This document shows, one piece after another, positions 26,611-36,425 of a stretch of DNA of 64,000 nucleotides (the first letter of the stretch is position 1; every line of letters begins with the position of its first letter). The stretch is from Schmidtea polychroa. Lineage: Eukaryota. The stretch covers positions 16,554,001 to 16,618,000 of the forward strand of contig CM097887.1 of NCBI GenBank assembly GCA_044892525.1, in the 5' to 3' direction. A program made the translations under genes and the position numbers. The notes beneath the pieces were generated by a model, which worked only from the letters and a program-made list of their open reading frames with translations, was not told the origin of the DNA and did not search any database.

Positions 26611-27631
26611 ATGGAGAAGATATGGACAAACCCAAAAGATCCAGCCGGTTTCAGTGGAGTCGAAAAGTTAAAGAAAAAGTACCCAAATCAAAAAAGGAGA
26701 CTCAAAAATGGTTGTCGAGTCAACTGGCATACAGTTTAAACAAGCCAATGTTGAAACGGTTTCCCACAAGAGCATATAAAACATATGGTATTAATGATTT
26801 ATGGCAAATGGACTTAATGGAAATGATTCTATTTTCTAAAATTAATAAGGGTTACAAATATATTTTGACATGTATTGATGTCTTTAGTAGATTTGCTCGA
26901 GCTATACCATTGAAAACCAAATCTGCTAGTGAAATGGCTGTTGCAATAAAAACAATGTTTAAAAATGGTAAACCAGATAATTTACAAACTGATTTGGGTA
27001 AAGAATTTTATAATAGCAAAGTTAAAGAAAATCTAAAGGGAATAAATCATTACTCTGTTTTTTCACAATTCAAAGCTGCTCATGTGGAAAGGTTTAATAG
27101 AACATTAAGAGATCGATTGAAAAAATATTTTGTACATCAAGGTAACAAAACTTGGATAAATGTTTTACCGAAAATAATTCATAGTTACAATCATTCCGAA
27201 CATGGAGGTCTAAAGGGTATGAGACCGATTGATGTAACATCTAAAAATAGTATGAAAATATTATTATCACAACACGATGTAACAAAAATTAAGAAACCTA
27301 AATATAAAGTTGGTGATCATGTTAGAATAAGTAAAATATCGGCTTCACCATTCATTAAAAATTTTGACAACAATTGGAGTGACGAAGTCTTTCAAATATC
27401 GAAGATTAATACGAAACAGAGTCCCGTTATGTATGTTATTAAAGATATTGATAATAATGAAGTCCAGGGTAAATTTTACGAACAGGAACTGCAAGTTATT
27501 CCGACACCATCTGTCTTTAGAATTGAAAAAATTCTTAAATCAAAATATAAAGGTAAGGATAAACAATATTACGTCAAATGGCATGGATATATTACAACCC
27601 AACTTGGATATCAGTATCTCAAATTGAATGA
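26611..27631 (+). pseudogene. int: RVE (DDE) integrase with C-terminal chromodomain; two frameshifts
   Basis: Restored N-terminus MEKIWTNPKDPAGFSGVEKL; D (WQMDL), D (LQTDLGKEF), E (HVERFNRTL); chromodomain FRIEKIL..YYVKWHGY continuing out of frame as NPTWISVSQIE*. Confidence 0.9.
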
Positions 27632-28645
27632 ATAGAAACAGTTTTTTTCACTATTTTACCAAGCAATAGCTGTCCATTAATTCATCCGAATAATGAGGCT
27701 AGTAAATTTATCGTTGAGTTACAAAATCCCATTTACCTGCATGACATGTGGGAAGTTGCTTTGCTTGATTACACATTTGTGTACAATACATTTCCATTTT
27801 ACAGTAATTCTAAGATTGAATATAAAGAAATTGCATCGAAATCAGTTAGCAGCTTTTATGTTATTGAACACGAAGATGATGAAATGCCAATAAAAGAATT
27901 AAATAATGATTGTTACATGTATATTACCAAGGGAGTTTTAAAGATTTGTTGCGATTACCATCCATTCGAGATAACATTTGAAGATGCAAGCGTAAAAAGA
28001 TTAGGAGTTCCTGAACCAACAATTATAAGTCACACTGATACATTTCAAATTGTAATTCCACCGTATGTTGATGGCATTATGAATAATGTAATTAGAATGA
28101 AGTTAACGTACAATTGTTTACAAGATTCAGTTTTCACATTTACTAATGATTTATACATAAAGAAGCTTGAAGATTTAACCAACTATTTAACAAGTAATTG
28201 CCCCCATATTTTCAAGTCTGTTGAACTGAATGAAAATGTCTTCCAATTCAGTCTCGGTGAAAACATTAAAGAAGTTATATTTGATAAAAACTTGGTCAAC
28301 ACATTTGGATTACAAAAACAATTATATAATGACAAACAATTTGGTGGAGTTCGTAAAGGAAAAATATTTAATCATCATCAACAAATGTTCATCTATAGCG
28401 ATATTATTGATCCGATAAATGTTGGTGATTCACTGGTACCTCTTCTGAAAGCGGTGTGGATTAAGAAATATGAGCAAGATGAAGTTGTGCAAATACAAAT
28501 AGAAAATCCTATGTATTTACCAGTAGGGAGAACATGTATAAACAATATAGAAATTAATATACGCGATGATAGCGGAAATTTAATCCGATTTGCAAACGAT
28601 TCAAAAACACACGTAACTTTACATTTTAGAAAACAATATGTCTAA
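27628..28645 (+). CDS. Minor capsid protein (penton, PX); +1 frameshift in a T7 run near the start
   Basis: Restored N-terminus MNRNSF/TILPSNSCPLIHPNNEASKFIVELQNPIYLHDMWEVALLD; C-terminal MFIYSDII..VGDSLVPLL..YLPV...NIEINIRDDSG...HVTLHFR. Confidence 0.85.
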
Positions 28646-29024
28646 TCCTGATATAGTTTCTCTTTATGCCAATAGTCAAACTGGTGGCGAATTACCATAT
28701 TTTGTTGGCAAACAATATGGATCTCGATGGTTAAAAACTATTGGTCAGTTTGCTCTTCCTATTCTTAAACGTATAGGAAATTTTGGTATGAAAACAGCTA
28801 AAGATGTAATAATGAATAATGCAAAAATATTACCATCTTTAAAATCCAATGCCATATCTGAATTCAAAGAGGCATTACCAGATGTGATTTCTTCATTACC
28901 AAATGTAATGGGATCAAATGAAGCATCAGAATCTGAAGAGTCTGAACCACAGCCTAAGCGAAGAAAACATCGAAGGTATATAAACAAACGAATGACAGGA
29001 CGTGGAACTATATTCGAAAAATGA
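28638..29024 (+). CDS. Polinton PZ-like small virion protein
   Basis: QTGGELPYFVGKQYG...FALPILK N-terminus, basic C-terminus ending MTGRG, located between penton and MCP. Confidence 0.75.
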   Translation: MSNPDIVSLYANSQTGGELPYFVGKQYGSRWLKTIGQFALPILKRIGNFGMKTAKDVIMNNAKILPSLKSNAISEFKEALPDVISSLPNVMGSNEASESEESEPQPKRRKHRRYINKRMTGRGTIFEK

Positions 29025-30244
29025 TTTGTGGAAAAACTGAATTATGTATTTTTGATCGACCGACTCCTCAGGCGGTTATAGAATATGCGACATTTGAAGA
29101 CGTATTCCCCTTTAATTCAATTGTTGATAATAAAAGCGATATTGAATTCAAAATAACTGGTTCTCATACTGAATATCTCGATTTGAATGATACATTACTC
29201 TACATTAAATTAAAGGTTACAAATAATAATGGAAAGGAATTACCGGTTACTTCAGATGCAAAAGCTAACAATTACTTGTTCCATACACTTTTTAGTGATG
29301 TTATTGTTGGACTCAATAGTCAAAAGATTGAAGGTGGAAACGGAAGATATACACAAAAAGCTTTAATTGAAACTATTTTAAATTATAATGGAGATAGTAA
29401 AAACATTTGTCTGGCTCCTATGGGTTACATTCCATCTGATAAGGAAAGAACAGCATTAATTGCCGGTTCTAAATTAGTTTCCCTATGTTCGTCATTGCAA
29501 ATAGATTTTATGGATCAACCAAAATATTTACTTCCAGGAGTTAATGTTAATGTAACACTGAAAAGAAACCCATCATCATTCAGTATATATTCACTAACAG
29601 ATGAACCAAAGATAAAGGTATTGGAAGCAAAATTAATGATTCGCAGAGTTCGAGTTGAACCATCAGTTTTAGCAGGGCATCAAATAGGGTTAAATTCTAA
29701 AAATGCTATATATCCAATTAGAAGTAAAGAAACTGTCGACTTTACAATCAGTAAAGGTTCATCGTCATTTTACAAGGAACAATTATTTATTGACAAAAGA
29801 TTACCAAATTTCGTTTTAGTGGCATTTCAAACTGAATCTCAATTTAAGGGAACATATAAGGAATCCAGCTCAGTCTTTAAACATTTGGATATTACATCAA
29901 TCACTTTAGCCAAAAATAATGACTATCGAGAAACATATACACAAAACTTTGACACAAATGATTATACTACAACGTATATGCAAAGTATTGTGAGAAATCT
30001 GGGGTATTTGGATAAAAACATGAACTGTGGGATTACACTTGAAGATTTTAAAGATAAATATCCATTCTTTACATTTGTTTTGTCTCCAGATTTTGATTTG
30101 AATCAAAGTCAATTACCACAACAAGGAAATTTAAAATTGAATGTAAAGTTTAATAAATCACTCGAGGAATCGGTTTATGTAATAGTATACGGAGTTTTCG
30201 AAAGAGAATTACAAATTACTGCAAGTCGATCAGTATTGGTTTGA
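29021..30244 (+). CDS. Double-jelly-roll major capsid protein (PY/hexon), intact 407 aa
   Basis: KTELCIFDRPTPQ..IE..IEFKI.G..EYLDLNDTLLYIKLKV, LHTLFSDV.V.LN, KYLLPGVNV..L.R, typical of Polinton MCP. Confidence 0.9.
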   Translation: MICGKTELCIFDRPTPQAVIEYATFEDVFPFNSIVDNKSDIEFKITGSHTEYLDLNDTLLYIKLKVTNNNGKELPVTSDAKANNYLFHTLFSDVIVGLNSQKIEGGNGRYTQKALIETILNYNGDSKNICLAPMGYIPSDKERTALIAGSKLVSLCSSLQIDFMDQPKYLLPGVNVNVTLKRNPSSFSIYSLTDEPKIKVLEAKLMIRRVRVEPSVLAGHQIGLNSKNAIYPIRSKETVDFTISKGSSSFYKEQLFIDKRLPNFVLVAFQTESQFKGTYKESSSVFKHLDITSITLAKNNDYRETYTQNFDTNDYTTTYMQSIVRNLGYLDKNMNCGITLEDFKDKYPFFTFVLSPDFDLNQSQLPQQGNLKLNVKFNKSLEESVYVIVYGVFERELQITASRSVLV

Positions 30245-30293
30245 AAGTATTTCAAACTGTATTGGTTTAAACGTAGTATAAATGAATTAAACA

Positions 30294-30691
30294 ATGGAAA
30301 CAATTTATTATGGAGTAAGTTTTTAATTACTAATTAATTTTATTTGATTAGTTCTATTCAGGTTAATCGAATTGGAAAAATGTTGTTGGGGAATCAGTTT
30401 ACTGGAGTATTCCCATTAGATAAAATCCCCTATCTGAACGCAAACCAAGCTATAGTCGTCAATACTCAATCATCAAATCTTGAAGGAGAACATTGGATTG
30501 CAATATATGTGAAACCTGATAAAATACATGTTTTTGATCCGATGGGACATTATTATCCAGATATAATGATAACAAAACTACAAACAATTGGTAAACCCCT
30601 TCTGTATAATAAAATTCGTTATCAAAATCCAATGACTCAAACATGTGGTCAACATTGCCTTGCATGGCTAAATTCAATGTTATATGTATAA
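30294..30691 (+). CDS. Adenain-like (Ulp1 fold) maturation cysteine protease; predicted 47-nt intron 30315-30361
   Basis: GVFPLD, VNT..GEHWIAI (His), VFDPMG (Asp), YQ..TQTCGQHC (Gln/Cys). ATG exon METIYYG joins in phase 0. Confidence 0.88.
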
Positions 30692-30723
30692 ACAATGTAG
30701 TTTAATAAATCTTATTAATAAAA

Positions 30724-31040
30724 ATGTCTTGTTATTTTATTGACTTTGTAGGTTATAATGATTATGCTGGTGGAATAATTATTAAAGAATTATGTATTAT
30801 GAATGTAAATAATATTTTACGCCCAAAGTATTGGTTATTTAATGATTTACCATTTTGGGCTGGACGTGAAAATTCAGATCGATTGGAATGGTATGAAGGT
30901 GAAGATTCGTTTTGTCCAACATGTATATTGAGAGATGTAGAAGATAAAAGTGGAATTTTCTATGTCACTGATCAAGATAAACTTACAGTTTTGAAAAATT
31001 ATTTCCCAAATTTAAGATTAATAAAATATTCAATCCAAAG
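30724..31040 (+). pseudogene. Polinton DEDD-exonuclease-like gene, truncated at a rearrangement junction
   Basis: Identical to 41306-41725 up to ..KYSIQ, then switches to Gypsy sequence. Confidence 0.6.
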
Positions 31041-31350
31041 CGTGTACTGTTTATTTTAGGAAATAAATATATTGTTGTATTTTGTGATTATTTAACAAAA
31101 TGGCTAGAAGCATATGCAATGCAAAATCTGAAGGCAGAAACAGTTGCTCAAATATTTGTTGAAAAGAATATATTCAGATATGGTGCTCCAAAGAAATTGT
31201 TAACAGATCAAGGAATAAATTTTCAAAGTGATTTATTTAAATTTAAAAATTATTTGGTATTTATAAATTAAATACATCACCATATCACCCGCAGACAGAA
31301 GGACTAGTAGAAAGATTGACCTGAAATTTCAACCCCCAACTTCTCAATAC
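31041..31350 (+). pseudogene. Gypsy integrase core fragment (internally deleted)
   Basis: DYLTKWLEAYAM..AETVAQIFVE...RYGAPKKLLTDQG.NFQS; TSPYHPQTEGLVER. Confidence 0.85.
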
Positions 31351-32961
31351 ATGGACGTTCCAAATTATAAAGTAATAATGCAAGAACGATTACAATCTGC
31401 ATGGACTCGTGCGGGGTTAAAAATTAAGTATCGTCAGGAACAATATAAAGAAAACTATGACAAAAAGGCGCATGAGCACGGAATAAAAATCGGTGATTCA
31501 GTATATTTAAACAGGCCTGAAACAGTAAAAGGCCTATCAACAAAATTACAAAGACCATTCAAGGGTCTATACACAGTGTGTGATGTTACAGCAACTAATT
31601 TAAAGTTACGTCCAATGAATAACAAAAGAGCAGAAACAAATATAGTTCATGCCAATCGATGTAAGAAAGTATCTGAAATGGAGTATCAATTACGATCAAA
31701 AAAAAAGAAACTTAATGACGAAACAATTATTCAACAAAAATTTCAAAAAAACCCTACGCCATTGGGATATATGAACAAAGTTTTATTTATAACTACAGTC
31801 TTAATAAATATCATAGCAAATGCGAGTGGAATAACAATGAACCTACCATATGCAGTAGAAAAAGTACCCTTATTGGATAAAATTGAGATATATTCAACGT
31901 TTACTAGTATTGTGTGGACATATCATTTTGAAATAATAGAACAAATAGAAGTTAGTAATTTATTGAACCCTTTCGAACCATCTGTTACGTTGAATTATGA
32001 GAAAAGCATATATGTAGCTCGTCGATTGACAGCAAATTACAAATATCCTTGGACCATTAAACAATATACGTATCAAACAAATACTACTCAAAATATTTAT
32101 AACCTTATACAAATTAACATTTGGACAAATGAATGGAGAAATTTAGTTGAAATTGAACCGATGATGAATGAAATTCACGTATATTGGAAAGCGGAAGAGC
32201 AACAGAAAGTCAGAATTGTTTTTCAAAACATTACGATTGAAACATTAAATAAAAGAAAATCTTTTGTTAAATACAAAAATTTACAAGAAAATCTCACATA
32301 CAGTCTTTCAATACATTATTACGAGAAACTCATTCATGAAAATGGGACGTATATGAATAATCAATGGATAGAAGTTCAGAGTCAATATGAAGCAGTATAC
32401 TTGGTTAACGAAACTAATCGAGTTCAAATAAAAATTGAGAACAATGAAGTAATTGTGTCACGCCAACCAGGCCTCAAACAAAGGGTAAATAATTTTGTAA
32501 ATAATAAAATTCAGGTGGTGTTAGACGAATACCAACAAAGAGCAATGTTGAGCACCTTGAACTCAGTATCTAAACCGAAACCAAGAAATTTCATGATCAA
32601 AATTCAATATTGCAAGCAAAAAGCGAACTCAGATCAATGGCAAGTCACTTTCATTGAAAATAGACATATTCATCTTCCATATACTCAACTCTCTAGAGAA
32701 ATAACAAATGATCATAATCTAACATTACGCATAAAATTCTCATGGACAAAAAACGGAAGCTCTTCATTAGACTGTAAAGAAAACTCATCTAGTAACAATT
32801 ATGTTGAATTACTCTTCATATGTGTTATTGTGACAATACCAAGCAGCATCCTACTCATCTATATCATCATCAAGTTGAAAACAAAAGAAAAGAACAATCA
32901 TGTTCATCAATCGCGATATTCAAAACCACAGACAATGATGTGGTTAGAAACATTTGTTTAG
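31351..32961 (+). CDS. Gypsy integrase C-terminus (GPY/F region) fused in frame to an FN3-like type I membrane glycoprotein (copy 2)
   Basis: KIGDSVYL..KLQRPFKGLYTV..IVHANRCK, then signal peptide MNKVLFITTVLINIIANA (31771), FN3-like segments, TM LLFICVIVTIPSSILLIYIII, tail ending ETFV. Confidence 0.75.
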   Translation: MDVPNYKVIMQERLQSAWTRAGLKIKYRQEQYKENYDKKAHEHGIKIGDSVYLNRPETVKGLSTKLQRPFKGLYTVCDVTATNLKLRPMNNKRAETNIVHANRCKKVSEMEYQLRSKKKKLNDETIIQQKFQKNPTPLGYMNKVLFITTVLINIIANASGITMNLPYAVEKVPLLDKIEIYSTFTSIVWTYHFEIIEQIEVSNLLNPFEPSVTLNYEKSIYVARRLTANYKYPWTIKQYTYQTNTTQNIYNLIQINIWTNEWRNLVEIEPMMNEIHVYWKAEEQQKVRIVFQNITIETLNKRKSFVKYKNLQENLTYSLSIHYYEKLIHENGTYMNNQWIEVQSQYEAVYLVNETNRVQIKIENNEVIVSRQPGLKQRVNNFVNNKIQVVLDEYQQRAMLSTLNSVSKPKPRNFMIKIQYCKQKANSDQWQVTFIENRHIHLPYTQLSREITNDHNLTLRIKFSWTKNGSSSLDCKENSSSNNYVELLFICVIVTIPSSILLIYIIIKLKTKEKNNHVHQSRYSKPQTMMWLETFV

Positions 32962-33145
32962 TAATATGTTATTATTGCATGTTATTGACCTAACATTTAT
33001 TTCATACTCCTTCAGTGATCATTGCTTTATTTAAACAAATAATTGTATAATATTTAATAATTCTAATGAATTTATGGATCATGTAATTTGATTGGGTAAA
33101 TAATCACACACCGTCACGAAAAATATTTGGGGATAAAAGTGAAAA

Positions 33146-33646
33146 TTGTTCAAATGCTTTGACGACAAAAAAAATTTTGAGAAAAAAAAATTTTTTACAA
33201 AAGAAAATTCAAATTACCAAATGGAAGAAATTAAGAGAAGCACGAAGCTTTATGAAAACTATGACAGAGAAAGAAGAAGTCGAACAGAGAAGAGCATAGT
33301 AGTAGAAGAAAATTTAAAAATACCGAATTGGGCTAGAATAGGGAATGAAGAGATGAGGCTATGCCTTTTTGAGTTAGAAAGAAAATCAAACATAAAATTG
33401 GCAGAGCTATTAGTAAGGAAAAACGAAGAGCAATGGCAAATCAACTTAGTTAGAGGAACGATAGAAATTGTGGAGAATGATGGATCTAAAACAGTACCGG
33501 AAAAATCTTCGTGGCAAATTATGAAAGAAGTGTGGCACAAAAAATTAAGAGCGGCAAACGGAATTGCGTGGATGGCATTGGAATGTCGAATAAAAACAAT
33601 TAAAGAATTTTGTCAAGGGAAGAAGAAAGCGAGTTGCTCCCAATAA
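33146..33646 (+). pseudogene. Degraded pol-like fragment, copy 2
   Basis: Identical to 20916-21416. Confidence 0.35.
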
Positions 33647-33868
33647 CAAGAGATATGCTGAAGTTAAAAAAATTATTTATCAGAAGGAAAATATCCAATG
33701 AGGAGATCAGAAGAAACATCATANNNNNNNNNNNNNNNNNNNNNNNNNNNNNNNNNNNNNNNNNNNNNNNNNNNNNNNNNNNNNNNNNNNNNNNNNNNNN
33801 NNNNNNNNNNNNNNNNNNNNNNNNNNNNNNNNNNNNNNNNNNNNNNNNNNNNNNNNNNNNNNNNNNNA

Positions 33869-34209
33869 TACTGATGAATTTCAAAATAATAACCTGTTTC
33901 CAATTGAAAATAACTAATGAGTATCGCTGTAAAACTTTTACAAATTGGTGCTATTAATATATTTGTTTCATTTACCGAATAAGGCATTTTATTTTTAATA
34001 ACAGAATAACCAAAAGATTTCCGATAAATAATTTTATCCCTTTTCACCACCGATATTCCTAATCCTTGAATATTGTAACATGATATGGCTTTTCTTAACA
34101 ATTTATCAACCTTTTCCGCGTGGCTCCATTGATCGGTTTGTGAGAAAACAGTCAAGGGAATTCGACAAATTAACATGAGAATAATTAAAACATTCGTTAT
34201 AGTTATCAT
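33869..34209 (-). CDS. Beta-lactamase-fold secreted protein exon, copy 2
   Basis: Identical to 21626-21965. Confidence 0.65.
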
Positions 34210-35593
34210 TGAAATTAAAAAATACTTTTCCTTGTCAAGTTGAAGCGCAGCTGGAGAAGTATTTTATAATTTATCATTTGTCATATTTTCTGTCCCTGAC
34301 GAGTATTAAAATCCAATCATTCCGCATGTGTTCAGAGTGGTAGCCAATCAGAAAACAGTAAGAATAAATTTATAGTAATTATTTTTATATACACATACAT
34401 ATGCATACACACAGACAAACTGATGGAGAGTCAGAGAAAGAAAGAAAGAATTTAATGGCAACACACCAACATGAAACGAATGGTGCACAATAATCATTTG
34501 TTTGCATGTGTGTGTGTGCAAATGTTTCTCCGTGTCTGCGTGTAAGCCTGTGAAATTTAGTTAAAAACTCTTCTGTATGTCCATTCGATAATTTCAAATT
34601 CTCTTCTCTTTCTCGATATGAAATATAATTTCTTTGTTTGTTTTTCTGCCCCGTCTAATCGATTGAATCAAAAGCACATAAGTGATAATATAAAAAAATA
34701 AAGAGGCACTAAGTGACAAATATCGGAATTTAAANNNNNNNNNNNNNNNNNNNNNNNNNNNNNNNNNNNNNNNNNNNNNNNNNNNNNNNNNNNNNNNNNN
34801 NNNNNNNNNNNNNNNNNNNNNNNNNNNNNNNNNNNNNNNNNNNNNNNNNNNNNNNNNNNNNNNNNNNNNNNNNNNNNNNNNTAATATTATTATCCGAATA
34901 AAAATAAAAAAATAAAATATATATAAATAAATTAAAATTATTATTATTATTATTAATTTTATTATTATTATTATTATCATTAGTATTATTATTATTATGA
35001 GTAGGTAGTTATGTGCACTCTAGATCCATGTGCACTCTAGATCCAGATACCCCCCTATTTTTTTTAAAATTTTTTTTTTAAAATACCCCCCCCCCATAAT
35101 TTTTTTTAATTTTAATTTTTGTTTTAATTATCGATTACGTAATAATTTTATTTTTTGTTTTTAATCATCGATTACATAATAAATCAAAATATTTTAAAAC
35201 GTCGATTACGTCATTGATTTTAATTTTTTATAAGAATTTTTTATGTCATTATACTTGAAATTTAATTCTCTGTTAAATGAGACTATGATGTAATCGAAAT
35301 TCTGAAATTTCATTTTTAGTACACGATTTTTAAATTTACACATCTTTTTAAACAAATTGAGATATTTTCACTCAAACAATATATAGATAGAATTTTAATC
35401 TCTATAAAATGACATCAATATTTACTTCAAATTCATAATCATAACACCTTAAACAATGCATATTTCAGCCAACTTTTACATACACACATATTTTCAACTT
35501 TTAAAAAATACAAATTATTCATCTATACTTAACTCATAGTAAATAATTATATTAAAAGACATATTAAAAGATGTATTTAAAACTAAACATTTA

Positions 35594-36067
35594 TTAAAAT
35601 CCCAGAGAAATTCGAGCACTATCTAATTTCCAAATCGGTGATATGACATCTTTCTCATCCATTTTATATCCCTGTATTAAAATATTTACAAACCAGCTTT
35701 CCCCATCTTTATATTCAATTTCTTCAAAGGCATCATGAAAACGAGAATTTCGATTGTTGATGATTATATTTCCATTGCAACTTAGATTCTTATAGATTTT
35801 CCCCAACACTTTATTTACTGCAACAACATCTTCTTTTGTTATATGAGCAATGAAACTTGAATATTGCGACTTGATCAATTTGACTGCATTTGAGAATTTA
35901 TATGGAATTTCGTCTACCAAGAAATATATCTTATGGTTATGATACATTTGTACTGGTTTCACATCATTCTTGGCATGCTTCGTCTCAGTTATTTTCTTAA
36001 TTGGGCTTGTTTCTTTCAATAAATTAGAAAATGTTTTCTCACCAAAAACGTTCTTCTTGGATTGCAT
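35594..36067 (-). CDS. 157-aa ORF, possible SSB (copy 2)
   Basis: Differs from copy 1 by 2 aa. Confidence 0.6.
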   Translation of the reverse strand: MQSKKNVFGEKTFSNLLKETSPIKKITETKHAKNDVKPVQMYHNHKIYFLVDEIPYKFSNAVKLIKSQYSSFIAHITKEDVVAVNKVLGKIYKNLSCNGNIIINNRNSRFHDAFEEIEYKDGESWFVNILIQGYKMDEKDVISPIWKLDSARISLGF

Positions 36068-36170
36068 TTTTTAAAAATAATGACTATGATGTCATTTTAT
36101 CTCTCTTTTATACTTGTGTATAACCAATCAAATTAATGCATTTGTATTGCAAACAACATGCATGTGTCAT

Positions 36171-36232
36171 TGACCTTCGTGTGTGACCTTTGTATGTGAC
36201 CTTTACCTTTGTGACCTTTGATTGTGAGTCAT
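36171..36232. promoter_or_regulatory. Array of TGACCTT(TG) nuclear-receptor-type half sites plus TGAGTCA upstream of the 157-aa ORF (also ~23929, ~51495, ~62005)
   Basis: tgaccttcgtgtg-tgacctttgtatg-tgacctttacctttg-tgacctttgattg-tgagtca. Confidence 0.45.
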
Positions 36233-36425
36233 ACATGGTTTGCATATGTATTGCAGATGTATTGCAAATTATTTAATTAAAACGTGTACTAATTAGTGTG
36301 ATATTAAAAATATTATACTAATACATGTAACATAAAAATACTATAACAACATAAAAATAGTGTAGTATTACAAGTAACAATATAAAAATTTTGTAACGCT
36401 TAAAAATAGAATGAAAACAAATTTT

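Larger units (their letters stand above)
24958..31040 (+). mobile_element. Inverted partial Polinton copy (TIR to DEDD-like gene), mirror of 41409-47491
   Basis: ORF coordinates pair with those of the full copy with a constant sum of 72449. Confidence 0.92.
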
